IMG/VR virus record: IMGVR_UViG_3300005512_002353 | DNA from: a virus | Lineage: Duplodnaviria; Caudoviricetes | Length of the DNA stretch: 64,000 bases | Reading direction: 5' to 3' (one strand) | Part shown: positions 59,505-64,000 of the stretch, piece by piece | Layout: each line of letters begins with the position of its first letter | Numbering within the stretch: position 1 is the stretch's first letter | Made by a program: the position numbers and the translations under genes | Notes under the pieces: generated by a model | What the model was told of the DNA's origin: nothing | The model's database searches: none | The model's input: the letters and a program-made list of their open reading frames with translations, nothing else

Positions 59505-60161
59505 TTACTTGATATATGTTTCTAAGTGTTTAGCCCATAGATCGTGTGCATCTTGTCCATAGTGCATTCGGTGATCAGCATAATTACAACCATGTTCCAT
59601 ACTATATCTACTAAAACTTTCAGCAGTCCAATCCGGCTTAACATAAGGATCATGCACCCAGCAATCTCCCCAGTCAAACTTGAATGCCATCTCTTGTTCT
59701 GGTTCACGGTCAAAGAAGTGTGTTAAGCATCCTTGATAGAATAAGTGTTTGAATCCTTGTTGTTCTAATAGTTTGTGAAACACATAGATCTGATTATGTT
59801 GTTCGGCGTGTTTGTCAAAATTTCTACCATCTACAAACGCTTCAACACGCTCCCGCCTTACGTTATCAAGTTCAGGATCAACCTTGTATTCAAAGTCTCC
59901 ACAGATCTGATGCCATTGATCTTTGTAGTAATATTCTGTCCTCTCAAAACTAGACCAACCTATTATGATCAGTGTATCTTTTGGATCTAGGTCAGGGAGT
60001 CTTTCCTGTGTGGTTCTTATGATGCGTTGATTGCTACCGCCGGGTAGTGCTATGTTCTCATAATCCCACCCAAACTTTTTGGCTAACTGTTCTGTAGCAG
60101 TTATACCACCACTGGGATAGACTTGTGCTGTATGGCTGTCACCGTTTACAAATAATTTCAT
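59505..60161 (-). CDS. SGNH-like protein
   Basis: 'NGDSH', 'PGGSNQRI', C-terminal 'DHRMHYG..AH'. Confidence 0.55.
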   Translation of the reverse strand: MKLFVNGDSHTAQVYPSGGITATEQLAKKFGWDYENIALPGGSNQRIIRTTQERLPDLDPKDTLIIIGWSSFERTEYYYKDQWHQICGDFEYKVDPELDNVRRERVEAFVDGRNFDKHAEQHNQIYVFHKLLEQQGFKHLFYQGCLTHFFDREPEQEMAFKFDWGDCWVHDPYVKPDWTAESFSRYSMEHGCNYADHRMHYGQDAHDLWAKHLETYIK

Positions 60162-60391
60162 AATCCAAATTTTAACCTACACATTGTTACACATCGAGGA
60201 TCTTTAAATCTAAGAACCATGCCGTCTGTATGCACATCTGCTGACCAATCATGACCAGGTAATCCAAACTCCTCTGTTACCCAGGCCATGTATTCATTCC
60301 ACATCACTATAGTGTCGCCTCGTTTCCATTCAACTAGTATTTCGTATACTGCGTCTTCAACTACAGGGTATGACATTAGATGTCTATCCAT
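60158..60391 (-). CDS. hypothetical small phage protein
   Basis: Start likely ATG 60391 or 60376; 'W..EEFGLPG', C-terminal 'TMCRLKF'. Confidence 0.55.
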   Translation of the reverse strand: MDRHLMSYPVVEDAVYEILVEWKRGDTIVMWNEYMAWVTEEFGLPGHDWSADVHTDGMVLRFKDPRCVTMCRLKFGL

Positions 60392-60611
60392 CGCTTTCTC
60401 CAAACACCAGAACAAAATATTCTGCTTCACGTTCTGTGTTAAAAACAAAGTAGAGATGCTTTCTACCTCTGATGACTGCTCCGTATTGTTCTGCTAGCCA
60501 CAGTGCCATCTCATTGGACACATTCTCTGACTCCATAGCCCATTGATCTCTTCTTTTCATAAACGTGGTTTGAACCTGCGTCCAATATGGATCAATTGGT
60601 AGTTTTATCAT
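60384..60611 (-). CDS. hypothetical small phage protein
   Basis: 75 aa; C-terminal 'FNTEREAEYFVLVF'. Confidence 0.55.
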   Translation of the reverse strand: MIKLPIDPYWTQVQTTFMKRRDQWAMESENVSNEMALWLAEQYGAVIRGRKHLYFVFNTEREAEYFVLVFGESDG

Positions 60612-61143
60612 CGCTTAAAAATGTCAGTATAGCATACTGATTGTTTTTTGTCACTGGTTGACTCTCAAATTGGTAAGAAAAGTCACTAGGAAAAACAATC
60701 ATCATACCTGGTTTAAATTTGATGTAGACGTTTTGTGTGGGGAAGATTAGTTCTAGTCCACCGTTGATACTCAATAGTGCAGTCAATGCTTGATTGCGAT
60801 TATAGCCTCTTGGTAGACTCTGATCTTTTTTGAACCTAAGCAATTGATAGGGACTATTGCTCTGCATATCTTCTGCTATATTGTATCTAGGAATATACTC
60901 TCTTACCGTTTCGGCAAGTATGTCACGGAAGTCTTCATAAATTTTATGTATAATTGGATTAGGTGATTTTCTCACAGTCCGTGATAAGTTGAGTGCATCA
61001 CAGTAACCTGCAGACTCCCAATTGACCAGGTCTCTTTCTGGATCTTGACACTGACTTTCTAATAGCTCAATGGTATTCTTAGGATACTCCCAACAGTCCT
61101 CAAATACGTCTATGGCTCCGCCCAATGTCTTGATGTGCTTCAT
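60592..61143 (-). CDS. 2OG-Fe(II) oxygenase-like protein lacking metal ligands
   Basis: Prolyl-hydroxylase-like scaffold 'YQLLRF...GGLELIF...KPGMMIVFPS...PV...YAILTF' but no HxD or distal His. Confidence 0.55.
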   Translation of the reverse strand: MKHIKTLGGAIDVFEDCWEYPKNTIELLESQCQDPERDLVNWESAGYCDALNLSRTVRKSPNPIIHKIYEDFRDILAETVREYIPRYNIAEDMQSNSPYQLLRFKKDQSLPRGYNRNQALTALLSINGGLELIFPTQNVYIKFKPGMMIVFPSDFSYQFESQPVTKNNQYAILTFLSDDKTTN

Positions 61144-61385
61144 TATGATCGTTCGTTGTCGTGGTCTAATACAAATCTAAGACATAGATCTCGTGCCCTG
61201 TCTTTGTCCTGCTCAGTGTATATATGCCACGTGGAGATGCCATCCGCAGAACTTGGATTGTATGATAGGCTGGCTACTTCTGGAAAATAATTAAGAAATT
61301 CCTCGCCATATCTGGCCTTAGGATTGACTAGAACCTGTGCTGTGAACCAGCGATCAAATTCGTCAAAGTCTTCCCTGTTTATCAT
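61143..61385 (-). CDS. hypothetical protein
   Basis: 80-aa ORF in tightly overlapping series. Confidence 0.55.
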   Translation of the reverse strand: MINREDFDEFDRWFTAQVLVNPKARYGEEFLNYFPEVASLSYNPSSADGISTWHIYTEQDKDRARDLCLRFVLDHDNERS

Positions 61386-61620
61386 CTACAAACCTTAAGT
61401 GGTAATACGTTAACCATCTGTTTAATTCATGTTCGCTGGTCCATAACCACTTTCCGTATGCTTTCTTTTGGACGAAAGGAAGGTCTGCTAATTCACCGTC
61501 AACAAGTTGGACATGATCATTCCACTCAATTATGTCCTCTGTGTTATACAAAGGTTCTTTTAATTTAAGTTTCATCAATGTCTTGTTCTGAAACTTTTCT
61601 ATGTCAAATGTTAGTTCCAT
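61363..61620 (-). CDS. hypothetical small phage protein
   Basis: 85 aa; C-terminal 'LTYYHLRF'. Confidence 0.55.
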   Translation of the reverse strand: MELTFDIEKFQNKTLMKLKLKEPLYNTEDIIEWNDHVQLVDGELADLPFVQKKAYGKWLWTSEHELNRWLTYYHLRFVDDKQGRL

Positions 61621-61913
61621 CTCAATAAAAAAGCATCCACTTCACGACTTGTTGCCAGATAAATCCTATTAGCATGGACAGAAGTTTGATTCTCCCAGCA
61701 CCATACTGTATTTACGTCTGTAGATTTCATTAGGGCTTTCCAACTCTGTAGGTCAATGCTGGCGCCAAGATTTTCCCAGCACCAGGTCATTGCCGTATTA
61801 AAATCCTCTACTGCCTGTTGATAACTGATACGATCAAACTCAATGCAGTAGAGGAAGTGGGGGTTTGCGTTCCATTGGACTGAGGTCTTCTTGACCTTAA
61901 AGGACCGCCTCAT
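61611..61913 (-). CDS. hypothetical small phage protein
   Basis: 100 aa; 'WCWENLG', C-terminal 'IYL...EVDAFLLRWN'. Confidence 0.6.
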   Translation of the reverse strand: MRRSFKVKKTSVQWNANPHFLYCIEFDRISYQQAVEDFNTAMTWCWENLGASIDLQSWKALMKSTDVNTVWCWENQTSVHANRIYLATSREVDAFLLRWN

Positions 61914-62998
61914 TACTGAGCGGCCTTCAAGATGTATTTGCCATACTTGTCGTGGAACTTGTCAAACGATTTAAGTTTAGTAGGACTAAATTTTAAATCA
62001 TATGTGGTAAGTGCTGTTCTAGCACCCATGACCGTGATCTCTGTCTCAAAGTTCTTCATCATGTAGTCAAAGAAGTTGTCTAGTGATTTATACCATTCTT
62101 TCTCTTCGACCTTCTTCTCTTGCCTGTCCGCCAGTTCATAGCACATGGATACCACCAATGAATACATAGCTGAAATATCTTTGATCTCAAGATCTTTAAC
62201 TTTCCCATCTAAGATATCTGTTGGATTAGGCATTTGACTGGCCACTTTTCTATGTGCCATGAACTTGACAGCAAGTCCTTCTCCAACTGCCCCCGCTATA
62301 AGGTTGAGTAGGGCATTCTTGTCGGTGTCGTTATCTTCTAATAGCTCTGATACAAACGACCACGAACGGGGGGTAGCGAAAGCCCTACTCGAACTCTTGG
62401 GATCGAAATCGTATAAGTCTTGTTTTGAATAAGCAAGATAACCAATCACGTCCTTGTGTATTTTATTTTTAACTGCCCACTGCTCCCATGACTCAAAGTC
62501 CACACGCATCTCTTGGTGTATGAATCTATTGGCCAATGGAGTAGGCATTCTGTATACAACACCCTTGTCTGACTCTCTGTTACCAGCGGCCACCATAACA
62601 ACGTTATCAGGAAGTTTATACTTGCCCACACGTCTGTTAAGGATTAATTGATATGCCGCGGCCTGCACAGCAGGTGCTGATGAATTCATTTCGTCTAAGA
62701 ATAATACCACTACTGGATAGTCTTTGGCAGTGGCCTCGTCAGGTAAATCAATTGGAGGAGCCCAATCCATTAAGCCTGAGTCTTTATTGTAAAAAGGAAT
62801 ACCACGAATGTCTGTAGGATCCATTTGACCTAGACGTAGATCAATCATAAGACCCTTCATATCGTTGGTAATGTCTGCTACTAGTTCTGATTTACCAATG
62901 CCTGGAGGACCCCAAAGGAACACTGGTCTTTGTTTTTCAAAGCACTTCTTCAGCGTGACTCTTGCTTCTTGTGCTGTTATCGTTCTATTTTCTGACAT
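61913..62998 (-). CDS. MoxR-like AAA+ ATPase
   Basis: Walker A GPPGIGKS, Walker B LFLDE, 'AAGN', 'LANRF', 'TPRSW'. Confidence 0.88.
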   Translation of the reverse strand: MSENRTITAQEARVTLKKCFEKQRPVFLWGPPGIGKSELVADITNDMKGLMIDLRLGQMDPTDIRGIPFYNKDSGLMDWAPPIDLPDEATAKDYPVVVLFLDEMNSSAPAVQAAAYQLILNRRVGKYKLPDNVVMVAAGNRESDKGVVYRMPTPLANRFIHQEMRVDFESWEQWAVKNKIHKDVIGYLAYSKQDLYDFDPKSSSRAFATPRSWSFVSELLEDNDTDKNALLNLIAGAVGEGLAVKFMAHRKVASQMPNPTDILDGKVKDLEIKDISAMYSLVVSMCYELADRQEKKVEEKEWYKSLDNFFDYMMKNFETEITVMGARTALTTYDLKFSPTKLKSFDKFHDKYGKYILKAAQ

Positions 62999-63030
62999 CT
63001 AAAACCCCCGTTTCATTTAATAACAATACT

Positions 63031-63059
63031 AGTATATGATCATTCTATTTCTGTGTCAA
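63031..63059 (-). promoter_or_regulatory. sigma70-type promoter
   Basis: TTGACA - 17 nt - TATACT upstream of the AAA gene. Confidence 0.72.
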
Positions 63060-63330
63060 GCTCTTTTTCTGATTCTTCACCGTGCTTGTGTAACTCGTAT
63101 GGACCTAAGAATCTACGCACACCGTCCTCATCAGGTGCTGGCTGTATACTACTTTCCCAATCTCTCAGTCCTTGGAACTCCAGACTGCCGTCGTGCTGTT
63201 TTGGTTTTTCTTCTGGTTTAAGATTTAAAGGATTTAACCAACGTAGATATTCTATGTATGCCATGATCGGAATACAAACGATTATCGTGACGTAGAATAT
63301 ACATCTATATAGATCCGCTCTGTTTATCAT
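63040..63330 (-). CDS. hypothetical single-TM membrane protein
   Basis: 96 aa with N-terminal hydrophobic segment. Confidence 0.55.
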   Translation of the reverse strand: MINRADLYRCIFYVTIIVCIPIMAYIEYLRWLNPLNLKPEEKPKQHDGSLEFQGLRDWESSIQPAPDEDGVRRFLGPYELHKHGEESEKELDTEIE

Positions 63331-63481
63331 CTTGTTTATATTTTGCTTTTAAAAACCATTTCCATTTATTAAAATAGTCTTGTGGACTACCTGTAACTTG
63401 TCTTCTCTCCCATTGTTCAACTTCGTCTTTATATTCATACCACTTTTCATAACAGTAAGTTCTAAAGGGAGAACGATTCAT
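63305..63481 (-). CDS. hypothetical protein
   Basis: MNRSPFRTYC...; ATG 63481 overlaps upstream TGA (ATGA). Confidence 0.55.
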   Translation of the reverse strand: MNRSPFRTYCYEKWYEYKDEVEQWERRQVTGSPQDYFNKWKWFLKAKYKQDDKQSGSI

Positions 63482-63615
63482 AGTTTCTTGGCCTTCCATA
63501 GTTTAATTTTTAATTGGATGTTCTGTATAAAATATTCAGCAACGCCTGTCTTCCATGCCCACAGCAGATCCATTACGATCGCACCTGCCAGCATTCCTAA
63601 TAAAAAGTTAAGCAT
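63478..63615 (-). CDS. 45-aa small membrane protein
   Basis: Not in ORF track; MLNFLLGMLAGAIVMDLLWAWKTGVAEYFIQNIQLKIKLWKAKKL*, SD AAGGAG. Confidence 0.6.
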   Translation of the reverse strand: MLNFLLGMLAGAIVMDLLWAWKTGVAEYFIQNIQLKIKLWKAKKL

Positions 63616-63624
63616 ATTTACTCC

Positions 63625-63975
63625 TTACCACCATGAATTGTAATAAACTTTGCGACCGCCAGCAATATCACCTCTGGCTTCCTCAACAAAGGCCAAGTCT
63701 TGATCTCTGTAGTATTCATCTGCAGGACCTCCAAAAAAGAAGCCCTGTGTTTCTGGAAGATCTCTCATTAGTATAACATTTTCTAATACGTTAAGATCTT
63801 CAAGTGTTAGTTCAACTTCAACACAATTAAACTGATCTTCTGTGTTACCAGTTTTATCTCTCCATAACTTTTCCATGAAGCCATGTAAGTTAGGATGTTT
63901 TCTCCAGGCACTAAGCTCTCTGGTGTTTTTACTAGTTGCTCTTGCCTTGCTGTATGCCATCATGTCTAAACCCAT
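63625..63975 (-). CDS. conserved phage hypothetical protein (MGLD...WRKH...GFFFG...SWW type)
   Basis: 116 aa; GGGG SD; motif pattern common in phage early regions. Confidence 0.65.
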   Translation of the reverse strand: MGLDMMAYSKARATSKNTRELSAWRKHPNLHGFMEKLWRDKTGNTEDQFNCVEVELTLEDLNVLENVILMRDLPETQGFFFGGPADEYYRDQDLAFVEEARGDIAGGRKVYYNSWW

Positions 63976-64000
63976 AATTTCTACCCCTAAAAATTAACTA

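Noticed and set aside
60392-60448. Extended N-terminus of the 60158..60448 ORF
   Set aside because: Overlaps the upstream gene by ~65 nt from a TTG; ATG at 60391 or 60376 is more plausible
1-64000. Stop-codon reassignment, as in some jumbo phages
   Set aside because: Code 11 gives dense, full-length genes; TAG, TGA and TAA all terminate recognisable proteins at expected ends

Overview
A 64-kb segment of a large, AT-rich T4-like (myovirus, probably jumbo) phage genome read in standard code 11. From left to right: (1) the end of a gp26/gp51-like hub or tail-chaperone gene pair joined by a probable -1 frameshift; (2) a small membrane protein and a sulfotransferase; (3) a ~410-nt, extensively base-paired non-coding element with a pseudoknot on the minus strand, lying downstream of the gp55 late sigma / gp47 / gp46 / GIY-YIG operon; (4) a late-promoter-driven baseplate module (gp48/54-, gp53-, gp27-, gp5-, gp25- and gp6-like genes, a 4464-aa giant wedge protein and fibre-like proteins); (5) a ~22-kb glycan-tailoring cluster with three GT-A-like glycosyltransferases, eight tandem N-terminal-twitch radical SAM enzymes, a 33-aa basic PFIY peptide, DUF1289, a NodU/CmcH carbamoyltransferase, SGNH-like proteins, a DegT aminotransferase and an NAD-dependent epimerase; (6) a minus-strand early region with thyX, a MoxR AAA+ / VWA-metallopeptidase pair and many small paralogous ORFs. 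The strongest candidates for an undescribed system are the radical-SAM/glycosylation cluster attached to the tail genes and the large structured RNA. No tRNA, CRISPR array, integrase or reverse transcriptase was recognised. All product calls come from motif recognition by eye, not database searches.
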